In this document: one piece after another, positions 40,580-49,717 of the stretch
Layout of the letters: each line of letters starts with the position of its first letter
Numbering within the stretch: the first letter of the stretch is position 1
Origin: a virus
IMG/VR virus record: IMGVR_UViG_3300008255_000101
Location: 86,183-150,182 of that record
DNA length: 64,000 nt
Reading direction: 5' to 3' (one strand)
Notes under the pieces: generated by a model
The model's database searches: none
Told to the model about the DNA's origin: nothing
The model's input: the letters and a program-made list of their open reading frames with translations, nothing else
Program-made: the position numbers and the translations under genes

Positions 40580-42463
40580 TCAGAAATTGATGTTTCCCAT
40601 CTGGCCCATCACGATGTCAGTGCTCTTACGTGGAGGTGTAATAACCGCAGACATGTCAATGTCCAAGGAGTTGGCAGTCAACCCCATGGAAACCGATGGG
40701 TCAATGTCGGGAGTAACCTGCGAAGCTTTCTTCACATGGGTCACTTTAAACGAGCGGCCTTGACGGCTGCAAGCCCCACAAACCTTACGGACGCAACTCC
40801 TGCACTTGGAACCTTCAATGAGGGAGGCGGTCTTTGCCAAGGGGTAACCTTGAGACTGGCAGTTGTCGAGGGAATCCGCATGAATCTCATCCATAGCGGC
40901 CATAGCCTCTCTAACGATCCCTATGGCTTCGCCAATTGGTACGTAGTTGGCAACTTTACTTTCCACGGAAGAGGCGCTTAGGCCAGCCTGGAACGACTTA
41001 GTGGCAGCAGTCTTGATGGCGCCGCGATCCACTTCTTGGCGAGTGGGTCCCACGGAGCTATACAGGTAACCCTGCTGGGTGCTTGCTATCTTCACATCAG
41101 TGGATGCCTTCTTTTCCTTATAGGAAGTCATGGCGGCCTTGATGATGCTGACAGGGGAAAGGGACGCATTCTTCACAGCGTCCAAAAGCTGTACAGCCAC
41201 GTCACTGCTCAACTTGGCGGCACCGTGCAAAGAGGAAACCACTTCAGAAGCATGCTTCATAGTGATGTCTTCCACACCTGTAAGGATAGGTAGGCCTGTG
41301 CGGGTACGAATCTTTTCCATGAAACCGTCGTCGACGGGCAAAGAATTGTGAATGAACTGTGGCTTCATGAAGGATCCGCCCACAGCATTGGTGGCAGCGT
41401 CTACATCAGGATAAGCCGACACGTCCACAACCAATGGCCCTATGATACCTTGCTTCTTCACCATGCTGCCGATCTCAGGAGCGAACTCCTGGATGGTCGC
41501 AGTGTCCATGCAAGCACGGATACCATTCTTGAGGTCATCGTCCATGGCGCCCTTCAGCATGAGGTCCTGCACACGAGCAAGGACAGGCCTTACACGAGCG
41601 ATACGAATCTGCGAGGCTATCCTGGCGTCGCTGGCCATAACTTCGTTATGGATGGAAGCCATAGCTTGCTGTACGGTTTCAGGATTAGCGACCACAGATT
41701 CAACTGCGTCTGCGTGCCCTGGGTCCAACAAGGTCTCAGCCCTCTTTAGGCGGCCCTGCAAGAAAGCCTGGCGAAGATCCTCTTTGGTGCGAATGCTCGC
41801 TTCCTTAGTGATCACGCCTGCATTCCTCAGGTGATTTTCATAATGGGAAAGCACTTCTTGGGAGTACTCCACCTTATCCACAGCTGTTTTGGACAAATTA
41901 CGGCAGCGGCCGAAAGAGTCCACGTAATCTCTTTCCTGCGAAGGGGACCCCACGACAAAGCTTGCAAGACGGATACGACTCTTGCCAAGTTGGATGGCGG
42001 CTTCGTGGGTGGTGCGGAAGGGGGACAGGTCGATGTACACGTTTCCGAGTAGACCGTCTTCCGAGGCTACCTTCTTTAATTCCCCAGATGCGGCATCGAG
42101 GACTTCAGAGGAGAACCTTTCCCGTAAATGGGTGACAACGTCCTTGCCGGCCAGCCCCTGCATCATGGCTTTTTTGGCCACGCGAGCAACTTCGAAGATG
42201 TCATCTTCGCCGATGGTTTTGTTCTTCCCTGCGGACTCGGATGGAATTGCCGAATTGGGTACCAGCCGGTAGGGGCTTGAGTACTGCTCGTTATTCCACT
42301 GAGCTTGAAGTTGGGGAATTACCTCACGGGGGGACTCCGAAGGGATGTTGTCGTAGTTTTCACCAGGGGTGACATTAAGCCAGTCCAGGTTTACTACGTC
42401 CTTGGTGTCCAGAAGCCGTGCGATATCGCCCAGGTTGCCGCTGTTAATATCCTGAGGATTCAT
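40580..42463 (-). CDS. Head-associated protein with internal repeats and a Cys-rich C-terminus
   Basis: Repeats GLLGNVYIDLSPF / GIIGPLVVDVSAY; ten [KR]xAS motifs; CRSC...CGAC. Confidence 0.7.
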   Translation of the reverse strand: MNPQDINSGNLGDIARLLDTKDVVNLDWLNVTPGENYDNIPSESPREVIPQLQAQWNNEQYSSPYRLVPNSAIPSESAGKNKTIGEDDIFEVARVAKKAMMQGLAGKDVVTHLRERFSSEVLDAASGELKKVASEDGLLGNVYIDLSPFRTTHEAAIQLGKSRIRLASFVVGSPSQERDYVDSFGRCRNLSKTAVDKVEYSQEVLSHYENHLRNAGVITKEASIRTKEDLRQAFLQGRLKRAETLLDPGHADAVESVVANPETVQQAMASIHNEVMASDARIASQIRIARVRPVLARVQDLMLKGAMDDDLKNGIRACMDTATIQEFAPEIGSMVKKQGIIGPLVVDVSAYPDVDAATNAVGGSFMKPQFIHNSLPVDDGFMEKIRTRTGLPILTGVEDITMKHASEVVSSLHGAAKLSSDVAVQLLDAVKNASLSPVSIIKAAMTSYKEKKASTDVKIASTQQGYLYSSVGPTRQEVDRGAIKTAATKSFQAGLSASSVESKVANYVPIGEAIGIVREAMAAMDEIHADSLDNCQSQGYPLAKTASLIEGSKCRSCVRKVCGACSRQGRSFKVTHVKKASQVTPDIDPSVSMGLTANSLDIDMSAVITPPRKSTDIVMGQMGNINF

Positions 42464-43188
42464 TGTCTTTCTCCTACTTGCTTTGTACTCTTTGTACAAC
42501 TTTTTACAAGACCTGTGAGCACTGCAGATGCCAGCTTCCTGGTCACTCCGTCAGCACTCTTATCTAACCCAACGAAAGGCGTATTACTAGATGATGCCTC
42601 TTTAGGGTTGGATACTTCATTGTTTTCTACACTCTCTTCCGGTTCCCCAGATTCATCGAAGGTAGGGAAGGCTTCGTCGTCTTCAGGGAGTTTTTCTTCC
42701 TCTCCGCTGGGGCCTTCTTCCTCGGACTCATCGTCCGCTCCAAAAATCTGTTCCAACTCTTGAGTTATATCCTCAATAGCTTCCTGGGAACCTTCCTCGG
42801 ACTTTTCTTGAACCCTTGTTATGGATTCTTTTTCGTCCTTGGATAAACCCCACCCGGGGTTGTTAAGTTCATCGCTGAGGGTGTCTCTTAGGGACGATAG
42901 GCTAACCAGCGTCTCTGACATCTCAGTTTTCATGTCCCTGATGGACATGACGTTTCCTCGGCCTCCAAGATTACCGTCAGGACTTATTTCGTCGCTGGGT
43001 ACAGAGGTGAGTTCTTCCAAAGCATGCTTGGTGTTCTCCATCGCGGCTGTCACCTGAGTGAGGACGCTGACCACGTGAGTGATCTTGGTTTTGTCGTACT
43101 GGGGAGCGCCCTCTAGGTTTCTCTCAGCAGCCTTGGTAGCTACCTTGACCACAGACGCCACACCTTCAGTTGTCAGCCTCGCTCTCAT
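42460..43188 (-). CDS. Acidic head-associated protein
   Basis: ISPDGNLGGRG; KEAS and KLAS motifs. Confidence 0.65.
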   Translation of the reverse strand: MRARLTTEGVASVVKVATKAAERNLEGAPQYDKTKITHVVSVLTQVTAAMENTKHALEELTSVPSDEISPDGNLGGRGNVMSIRDMKTEMSETLVSLSSLRDTLSDELNNPGWGLSKDEKESITRVQEKSEEGSQEAIEDITQELEQIFGADDESEEEGPSGEEEKLPEDDEAFPTFDESGEPEESVENNEVSNPKEASSSNTPFVGLDKSADGVTRKLASAVLTGLVKSCTKSTKQVGERQ

Positions 43189-43190
43189 CG

Positions 43191-43964
43191 TTACCCCTTA
43201 ACAGGACTTCCGTCGTCGTTGAACTGCTTCTCGATGACAGTGCTTCCGTCCCCATCGACTCCGATGGACCAGAGTTCTTTGCTGGACTTGTGGATAAGAG
43301 TTTTAGAGGAAACCCTGTCAAAAGAGTACAAGTCGGCTAGGGAGGCAACCTTCATTTTATGAGGATTGTCAGTGAAGGAGCTACCCTTAGCTAGGGCAGC
43401 TTCAATGACACGGTTGATAATCTCAGAAGATACACTCTGCATGGCTTGATCTCCATTTTTGTCCGCTGCATAAACGTACACACGGTCCGAAAAAGTTTGT
43501 TCTTCGCCTTCACCCTGATGCTCGTAGGCCTCGCCTATCCCTATGGGTTCTATTGCGATATTAAAGGGGTCTGCACCATCACCCTTGGGCTTCGTGTAAA
43601 CCGTATCAGACTGGGGTTCTACCCCGTCGCCAGCTGCCGGATCGTTAGGCATGGACCACTGCTGCCCCCACGCATTGGTGGTTGAGGCAGGTTGGTCCTC
43701 TGGAGATACGGCGTTCTGAAAGGTCTCGGGCCTTTCCCCTTGTCTCATCAAGTTGTGGTCTTGCTCTAGCTCGTTTGTTCTAGTGCTGTCCACGTATGGT
43801 ACATTCTGTGGCCCACCCCAGGGTTCTGCGTACTGCAGGACGTCCCCTGAACCCGATGGGGTATTGTCTTCTTGGTAGAGGGGTATGTTAACGGACGGAA
43901 ATGCTATCTCGGCCATCTTGACCGAGCGATCCTCCAGAAAACTACCTATAGCGTCTAACGACAT
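43191..43964 (-). CDS. Head-associated protein
   Basis: KVAS followed by a C-terminal F.RVS..TLIHKS.KELW domain; late-promoter-like motif upstream. Confidence 0.65.
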   Translation of the reverse strand: MSLDAIGSFLEDRSVKMAEIAFPSVNIPLYQEDNTPSGSGDVLQYAEPWGGPQNVPYVDSTRTNELEQDHNLMRQGERPETFQNAVSPEDQPASTTNAWGQQWSMPNDPAAGDGVEPQSDTVYTKPKGDGADPFNIAIEPIGIGEAYEHQGEGEEQTFSDRVYVYAADKNGDQAMQSVSSEIINRVIEAALAKGSSFTDNPHKMKVASLADLYSFDRVSSKTLIHKSSKELWSIGVDGDGSTVIEKQFNDDGSPVKG

Positions 43965-44060
43965 CTCTACCTACCACCGCTCTGAAAGTTGGAACTTCCA
44001 TCGCTTTTTGTTAAAAAACCACTAGGGGATCTACCGAATCCCTTGTGTGTTGTAGGCAGG

Positions 44061-44073
44061 ATTAGGAGATTAT
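44061..44073 (-). promoter_or_regulatory. Putative late promoter ATAAYCTNNTAAT (representative copy)
   Basis: Same motif at 3791, 7018, 11458, 20143, 22636, 23282, 27403 and 30588, always upstream of minus-strand genes. Confidence 0.75.
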
Positions 44074-44711
44074 ATGGAACCGGACATATCCAACACTACG
44101 TTGGATCCGCGTTCAAAATGGGGGAGCTTTACTTCGTGCAGCATATAGAGTCCACATTCTTTGATGTAGCCCGCCAGCTCTGCTACGGTGGAAAACCTTC
44201 GGTCTTCTTCTGCTCTTTTCTTTAGTAGGTCGACGCCCCTGAAAAACTTGTGGCGGACCTTTACTTGTGTTAGTTGCTGCCTTTCTTGGTAACCCATGAT
44301 GTCATTAACTATTGCAGCGGTCTTCGTTTGGCAGGTGGTCCTTATCATATGGTAAACCACGTGCGTATCAACTTCATCAAATACTTCGGCCAGTCTTCTT
44401 TTTAATTCCTTGTTGTCCACCTTGGGCATGTCTCTGAGAAACACCAGTCGCTTTCTAGCTCTCGTGAGCCTGTGACTTACGGCTCCCTGGGAGATGCTGA
44501 AAAAGGCAGCAATCTCTTTTTGTTTCTTCTGATCACAGTAGTACATGTGAATCAGATCCACTTCGCGTTCTGGCAACTTATCCAAATACGGCTGGAGGTC
44601 CTCAAAATTTAGGCTGTCTTCCTCATGCTCGTCGAAAGTGGTCTCCTGCTTGGACGCTACGGTCCTTTCCAATATCTGCGGATCCACATAATGAGTTCTG
44701 GCTCTTGGCAT
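44070..44711 (-). CDS. Sigma-70 region-4-like HTH regulator (apparently tandem)
   Basis: LDKLPEREVDLIHMYY...QKEIAAFFSISQGAVSHRLTRARKRL plus a second degenerate copy. Confidence 0.75.
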   Translation of the reverse strand: MPRARTHYVDPQILERTVASKQETTFDEHEEDSLNFEDLQPYLDKLPEREVDLIHMYYCDQKKQKEIAAFFSISQGAVSHRLTRARKRLVFLRDMPKVDNKELKRRLAEVFDEVDTHVVYHMIRTTCQTKTAAIVNDIMGYQERQQLTQVKVRHKFFRGVDLLKKRAEEDRRFSTVAELAGYIKECGLYMLHEVKLPHFERGSNVVLDMSGSI

Positions 44712-44857
44712 CTTTACCCTCCCTAGTTCGGATATCTTAAGCTGAATTTTAAAGGTCGTGTCCCAAATATACGGGTATAACTCGTTGATATTTTAATTTT
44801 TGTTAACAAATATTTTAGCAGTTAAAATTCCACTGGGGAGGGCATAAAAACTATACG

Positions 44858-44889
44858 AAAAAACCTCTCCCGTTTTACCGGAAGAGGTT
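44858..44889 (-). terminator. Rho-independent terminator after the NusG-like gene
   Basis: AACCTCT...AGAGGTT stem with a minus-strand U-tract. Confidence 0.65.
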
Positions 44890-44936
44890 CGGAGAACGCC
44901 AGTGGCTGCTGAGCGCTCGTTCACAATGTAGAAAGT

Positions 44937-45485
44937 TTAAATGTCTTCCTTCAAGATAATGGCTATAAAAGACAGGTCCTTAGCAAGGACCTCGCGGGTC
45001 CTAGTCTTGAACTTTACGTCTGCAGATCTCTTGGCCACGTCTACCCTAGTGACGATCCCGATCATTCTTTTGAATGTACCCTCCACGCCTTCCACGAGAT
45101 CCCCGACAGCCGGCACAAAGGTATAAACCATCTCGTCTAACAAACCCCTGTATTTTTCAATCTCAGTACCTGACACAAAGGATAACTTCCCGGAAAAGGA
45201 TAGGACCCTGTCAACGTAATTACCCCTGACCTTCTTGGCCCTTCTCTCGAAGTCATTACTGCCGTCGTGTTTGGCAAAGGCGTAGCCATCAAAAAGATGC
45301 ACCTGAAACTCTCTAGCCGACACAGTCTGTACCTGAACAGGCAGAAAAACCTCAACACCTGCCCCCATGTGGTTCTTGATCTCCCTCTCCACTTGGGCGG
45401 CATTCTTTAGGAGGTCCACGAAATCATGTAGCGTGAACGCTGCCCACACTGATTTTTCAACACTGATTTCCCCGGATTCACTCAT
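44937..45485 (-). CDS. NusG/RfaH-family transcription elongation factor
   Basis: NGN domain (VEVFLP...LFDGYAF) and KOW domain (VGDLVEGVEGTFKRMIGIV). Confidence 0.8.
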   Translation of the reverse strand: MSESGEISVEKSVWAAFTLHDFVDLLKNAAQVEREIKNHMGAGVEVFLPVQVQTVSAREFQVHLFDGYAFAKHDGSNDFERRAKKVRGNYVDRVLSFSGKLSFVSGTEIEKYRGLLDEMVYTFVPAVGDLVEGVEGTFKRMIGIVTRVDVAKRSADVKFKTRTREVLAKDLSFIAIILKEDI

Positions 45486-45500
45486 GCAAAAACTTCCCTT

Positions 45501-46760
45501 TTAGGATCTCTTCAACTCCACCGATTGGGGTACTTCCTCTTGGCCCCACTCCTGAGTGATGGTGTCGACTGTTTTTTGGACTACGCCTAGACCCCGAGAC
45601 CTTTTCTTCATCTCTCTCTGCTCAGAAAGCTTAGACAGGTTAGAACTGGGTGCTCCACCACGTGTTGCGTCCGATGAGGATCTAACCGGTGCTGGTACAG
45701 GGACAGCAGAGGATGTGTCGAAATCCCCTTTTATGAATTTGTAATATGTTTGTGCTATCTCGGATTGGAGGAGCCTGCTGTCCGACATCTTACCCTTCGC
45801 TGAGAAATGAGCGAGGATGGGACCCAGACGGCTACCGTACGCTGAATATACATTCTTGACGCTTTCGTAGGTATCCCTTTTCATACCAGATAGCCCGTAC
45901 TGGAGGGCTTCCAGGAGTACCCGGATAATGGAGGAGTGGGCCGTGTCCGCTCCGAAGCGATTGCAAATAGACTCAGCACTAACCATGGCGGCTGCTAAAT
46001 CCCCATTAAGGCTAATGAGCATATCGCTGACGGCATCCACATCGTAGGAAGTAAACACTGACACGTTCTCGTGATTTATCCCGCCCATGAGCATAAGAGG
46101 TTCTAAAGCATTTTCCGCTTCACGAAAGTGGCCACCCGACCACTCAGCCAACGCCCTCAGGGACCCACTGTCGTAGGGCACATTGTTAGCCTCGCATATC
46201 TTGTTAAGCTTGGATAGCACATCTTTGGGAGTGGGGTGCATCATAGGGATGGGTACGCACCGGCTACGAAGGGTGGGGGGCATCTGATGGCCTTCCGAGG
46301 TGCTGAACATAAATACTGTGTTGTCGTCCTCAACGGGACTTTCCAAAGCTTTGAGGGCTGCGTCTTTACCCGCCTTGGATATCATATGGGATTCGTCCAT
46401 GAGAATAAACCTCTTCCCTACCGAGGCGTACTCAAGAGTCTCCAGCAAAGAGTTCACTTCCTCTTTGGTCCCATGCCGAGCGGCATCCACTTCCGTGTAG
46501 GAGGAATGGTTACCCCTTAAGAAATTGGTGCAGGAAGAGCAGGTGTTGCATGGATCCTGTGTAGCTTCATCTCGGTTGGGGCACAGAGCTGCCCTGGCGA
46601 AAAGAGACGCCAGGGTAGTCTTTCCTATCGACCGTGGGCCTTCAAATAGGTAGGCTCTAGAAAACCTTCCGGTGCGAAGAGTATTCACCAGCAGTTTTTT
46701 GGCGTAGTCCTGACCTTCCACTTCACCGAAAGTTTTAGGTCTGCTTTTAATACCGTCCAT
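45501..46760 (-). CDS. dnaX: DNA polymerase III gamma/tau-like clamp-loader ATPase
   Basis: RPKTFGEVEGQ, GPRSIGKTT, C...PCNTCSSC zinc module, MDESHM, TLRSRC, GHFREA. Confidence 0.9.
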   Translation of the reverse strand: MDGIKSRPKTFGEVEGQDYAKKLLVNTLRTGRFSRAYLFEGPRSIGKTTLASLFARAALCPNRDEATQDPCNTCSSCTNFLRGNHSSYTEVDAARHGTKEEVNSLLETLEYASVGKRFILMDESHMISKAGKDAALKALESPVEDDNTVFMFSTSEGHQMPPTLRSRCVPIPMMHPTPKDVLSKLNKICEANNVPYDSGSLRALAEWSGGHFREAENALEPLMLMGGINHENVSVFTSYDVDAVSDMLISLNGDLAAAMVSAESICNRFGADTAHSSIIRVLLEALQYGLSGMKRDTYESVKNVYSAYGSRLGPILAHFSAKGKMSDSRLLQSEIAQTYYKFIKGDFDTSSAVPVPAPVRSSSDATRGGAPSSNLSKLSEQREMKKRSRGLGVVQKTVDTITQEWGQEEVPQSVELKRS

Positions 46761-46838
46761 GTTACCACCTTTTAAATCCTGACGTAATATACAGGACCAA
46801 TTTCCTTTTTTGAACTAAAAACCTTAATTTCAACAATT

Positions 46839-47543
46839 TCAGAACAAAGCCAAACTACCCAGAGTGTTGGACAGTGCCTTTTTAAAAGCCTCATCTCCGT
46901 GCTTCACCAAGTAAGCGTTGGGGTCTTTATGGCCAAACTCCCTCGAGTAAATCCCCTTTCTACCGAACTTAGTGAATACCGACTGCACCCCTTCCCGGCC
47001 CGCCTTGTCGGGGTCAAACACCATAACGATGTTATCCGCTATCATGCGTAGAGTAAACATCTGCTCTTCGTTTATGTTGGAGGTCAATGTGCTTACCGTG
47101 TTAGGGAAGTGCCTAGCTATAGAGATGCAATCGAAAGCCCCCTCGGTCACGTACACAACCCCCTTGGCCAGGATGTGGGGGAGTGCCTGGCGGAGCCCGA
47201 AGAAAGCCCCAATCTGCTTTGCCTCTTTTAGGTAGTAATGCCCGTACCGAAACTTGGTCTCTTTTTCCAAGGACCTGGTTATCAACCCGTTGACCAAACC
47301 AACGGAATTCTCTAGTGGTATGATTACCCTGTTTTTCAGGAAAAAAAGATTCCTGGTGACCTCCCTAAAATCATCTTCCTCAGGGTCGTTGCTGAGGGGT
47401 AGAAATGGCACGGCTGTATGCCCTAAGCGGTATGAGTTTATTTCTCCTTTCGTGAACTTTCGAGCATCGGTCAAGTACCCCAATACATCTGGGTAATTGG
47501 CAAGGCTGCTTGCAGCCCTGTTCACAAGGGGGTCAAGAAACAT
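46839..47543 (-). CDS. DnaG-type primase catalytic core (TOPRIM)
   Basis: RVIIPL, YVTEGAFDC, FDPDKAG, KDPN; no N-terminal zinc domain; start refined to 47543. Confidence 0.8.
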   Translation of the reverse strand: MFLDPLVNRAASSLANYPDVLGYLTDARKFTKGEINSYRLGHTAVPFLPLSNDPEEDDFREVTRNLFFLKNRVIIPLENSVGLVNGLITRSLEKETKFRYGHYYLKEAKQIGAFFGLRQALPHILAKGVVYVTEGAFDCISIARHFPNTVSTLTSNINEEQMFTLRMIADNIVMVFDPDKAGREGVQSVFTKFGRKGIYSREFGHKDPNAYLVKHGDEAFKKALSNTLGSLALF

Positions 47544-48000
47544 TATTTCTTTCCCGCCACTTTCTTGGGAGTAGTTTTTTCTTGGGAGCGGCCACCTTGG
47601 GTACAAGGTCATAATCCGAGCTACCCTTGAAGGCGTCCTTAATAAAGGCGTCATCCCACTTTTCAAACATAGGAACGTCCCCTTCAGCTACAGGGTGGAA
47701 CTCCGCGAATAGTTCGGGAAAGGCCACCCCTTTTTTACCCTGGGGACTAACCAAGTCGGGGCAATATATCAGGATCACGTATTTAAAGGATTCGGAATTA
47801 AGCTTTCTCCAGGTGAAATGCTTTTTCCTACCTTCCAGGATTTCTTTACCCTTCGTGGACCCCCAATCGTATATCTCCAGAATCTTACCTAGGCGTCCGT
47901 GCAGCCCAATATTGAATTCGTCGCCCTTGTTACGGGACAGAAAGTCCTGACCAGCCATAGTGATGAAAACCAAGTCACCTTGCTTAAATTTCTCAGCCAT
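47533..48000 (-). CDS. Hypothetical protein (SH3-like N-terminus)
   Basis: FKQGDLVFI...GKILEI; operon packing. Confidence 0.6.
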   Translation of the reverse strand: MAEKFKQGDLVFITMAGQDFLSRNKGDEFNIGLHGRLGKILEIYDWGSTKGKEILEGRKKHFTWRKLNSESFKYVILIYCPDLVSPQGKKGVAFPELFAEFHPVAEGDVPMFEKWDDAFIKDAFKGSSDYDLVPKVAAPKKKLLPRKWRERNNVS

Positions 48001-48006
48001 AATGCT

Positions 48007-48321
48007 TTAACCCTTGTTTAAATCCCGTATAATATTTTTGACTTCCTGCATGCGTTCGTCCGTGAGGGGTTCTCGAGTGCTGTAGCGGGTGGATAGGTCC
48101 ACCTCCAAAACTCTCCCGATATCCCGGCTTCCCACAATACTCAGTAGCCTCATCGTCAACTCTTCTTCTCCGCTAAACAGTACATTCCCTATGGTGATCA
48201 CCATCCTACCGCAACCATCGCACTTGAAAAACATAATGTCTGTTTCCGTGGTGGTTATGGTTACAAGCGTGTCGCAATTGAGACATGGTATGGCGATCTT
48301 AAAGAAGGTACCAGTTAGCAT
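48007..48321 (-). CDS. Zinc-ribbon protein
   Basis: CLNC...CDGC. Confidence 0.6.
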   Translation of the reverse strand: MLTGTFFKIAIPCLNCDTLVTITTTETDIMFFKCDGCGRMVITIGNVLFSGEEELTMRLLSIVGSRDIGRVLEVDLSTRYSTREPLTDERMQEVKNIIRDLNKG

Positions 48322-48845
48322 AGGCCTATCACCACCTCCACACCTAATGTGTCGGCCATCAGAGTTATTGCGAAGTTGTGAAGGTACTCATCCCTAGCAA
48401 CCACCAGTGGCTCAGGAACCTTTACAGTATACCCCAGGAACCTCAGGTCGGCTGCCGTGAAAAGCACGGCACTATTTGTCTCAGCGCCTATCAAGTAAAT
48501 CTCCTCTGGGTCGTTCTTCTTGATCTCGGATAGTAGCGGCGTCTTCCAAAGAGCCGATGGCCTAGTTGAAGCTATGACCAAGGAATTAGCCCCGGCCAAA
48601 CCATCCACCATGTTTATATCCAAAGTCCCAACAGTGCACTGGGTCTTGGTGTGTGCGTAGAACTTATCCTCGGGTGAGCGCACATCCCGGGTATGGAAAA
48701 CTTCGAACTTGTCAAAGTCCAATTCCTTCAAAGTCTGGGATACTCTCAGCTTAACTGCTTTGGAGTGTTCCCCTAAATAGGAGGTCCCCTTCGAGCTAAA
48801 ATAGTTGAACTGCATGTTGGTGCAGATTACGACGTTTTTTCTCAT
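48315..48845 (-). CDS. Isochorismatase/nicotinamidase-fold protein with a degenerate active site
   Basis: ICTNMQ, QCTVGT, IYLIGAETNSAVLFTAADLRFLGYTVKV; start refined to 48845. Confidence 0.75.
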   Translation of the reverse strand: MRKNVVICTNMQFNYFSSKGTSYLGEHSKAVKLRVSQTLKELDFDKFEVFHTRDVRSPEDKFYAHTKTQCTVGTLDINMVDGLAGANSLVIASTRPSALWKTPLLSEIKKNDPEEIYLIGAETNSAVLFTAADLRFLGYTVKVPEPLVVARDEYLHNFAITLMADTLGVEVVIGLC

Positions 48846-49363
48846 TCCCCAGACCTCATCTTGCATTTTTCGCTGCAGAACTTGTACTTGAACTTCTTCT
48901 GAGTGAAGTAGCGGTGGCATTGAGGGCATTTCTTTATTTTGGAAAACCCAAAGGCCTTGATGAATAATGTCAAATTGTAGCACACCACGGCTTCCACCCA
49001 AGGGGAATCCTTTTTCCTGATGGATAACCATTTTCTAGTGGTGCCAGAGGAATCCAGGTTTCTTTCCTCCTGGTGCTCCAATATGCTTGGCTCCATGTAG
49101 GAGTTCAGGTAATTGACAGCTGGGTGGTATACCCCGTTGGCTATTATGTCGTCCAGGAGGCTGCACAGGTCCTCCCTAAACTGGGTGAGGTCCATCTCCC
49201 CGGCCAAAACTTCCTGAGCTATCCCTATGGTCCCCTCATCGCGGGTACCCTCGATCAAACCCTGGACCACTCCCCTTGGGTCTGTGTCACCATTAACAAA
49301 CCTAATGAACAGGGGGTCTGACTGGTGGGGGGTGTAGGTCTTGTAGCGGGGCTTATCAGACAT
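48842..49363 (-). CDS. Protein with a C-terminal CGNR-like zinc finger
   Basis: KKCPQCHRYF...KFCSEKC. Confidence 0.65.
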   Translation of the reverse strand: MSDKPRYKTYTPHQSDPLFIRFVNGDTDPRGVVQGLIEGTRDEGTIGIAQEVLAGEMDLTQFREDLCSLLDDIIANGVYHPAVNYLNSYMEPSILEHQEERNLDSSGTTRKWLSIRKKDSPWVEAVVCYNLTLFIKAFGFSKIKKCPQCHRYFTQKKFKYKFCSEKCKMRSGE

Positions 49364-49716
49364 TAAAAAGTCCTCAATACAGAATTCAGTACGGCTCTCT
49401 TCTTGGCGGAGCGTACTGACTGGACGGAGATGTTTTTCTTTCGAATATCCACAGACAGCGTCATGTCCGGTATAGCTGTATTAGGGAGGGGGAAGGTAAC
49501 CCTGTGAAGGGCCACACGCTGAGAGGACAGTACCCTGCTAAGGTCAGCCCGCAACTTAGCTTTAGCCGCACCGTAGTCGGGGTGCTGTAGCAGCTCGTCA
49601 ATGGATACCAACGCATTCTCGACCATGTCCGTGATGGCGGTGATGTCTACCCCCATGTACACGCTTTTCTGGTCGTTGTGCTTCCTATCAAATTTGGGTA
49701 AATTTTGATTTTCCAT
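49363..49716 (-). CDS. Hypothetical protein
   Basis: Operon packing. Confidence 0.6.
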   Translation of the reverse strand: MENQNLPKFDRKHNDQKSVYMGVDITAITDMVENALVSIDELLQHPDYGAAKAKLRADLSRVLSSQRVALHRVTFPLPNTAIPDMTLSVDIRKKNISVQSVRSAKKRAVLNSVLRTF

Positions 49717-49717
49717 A

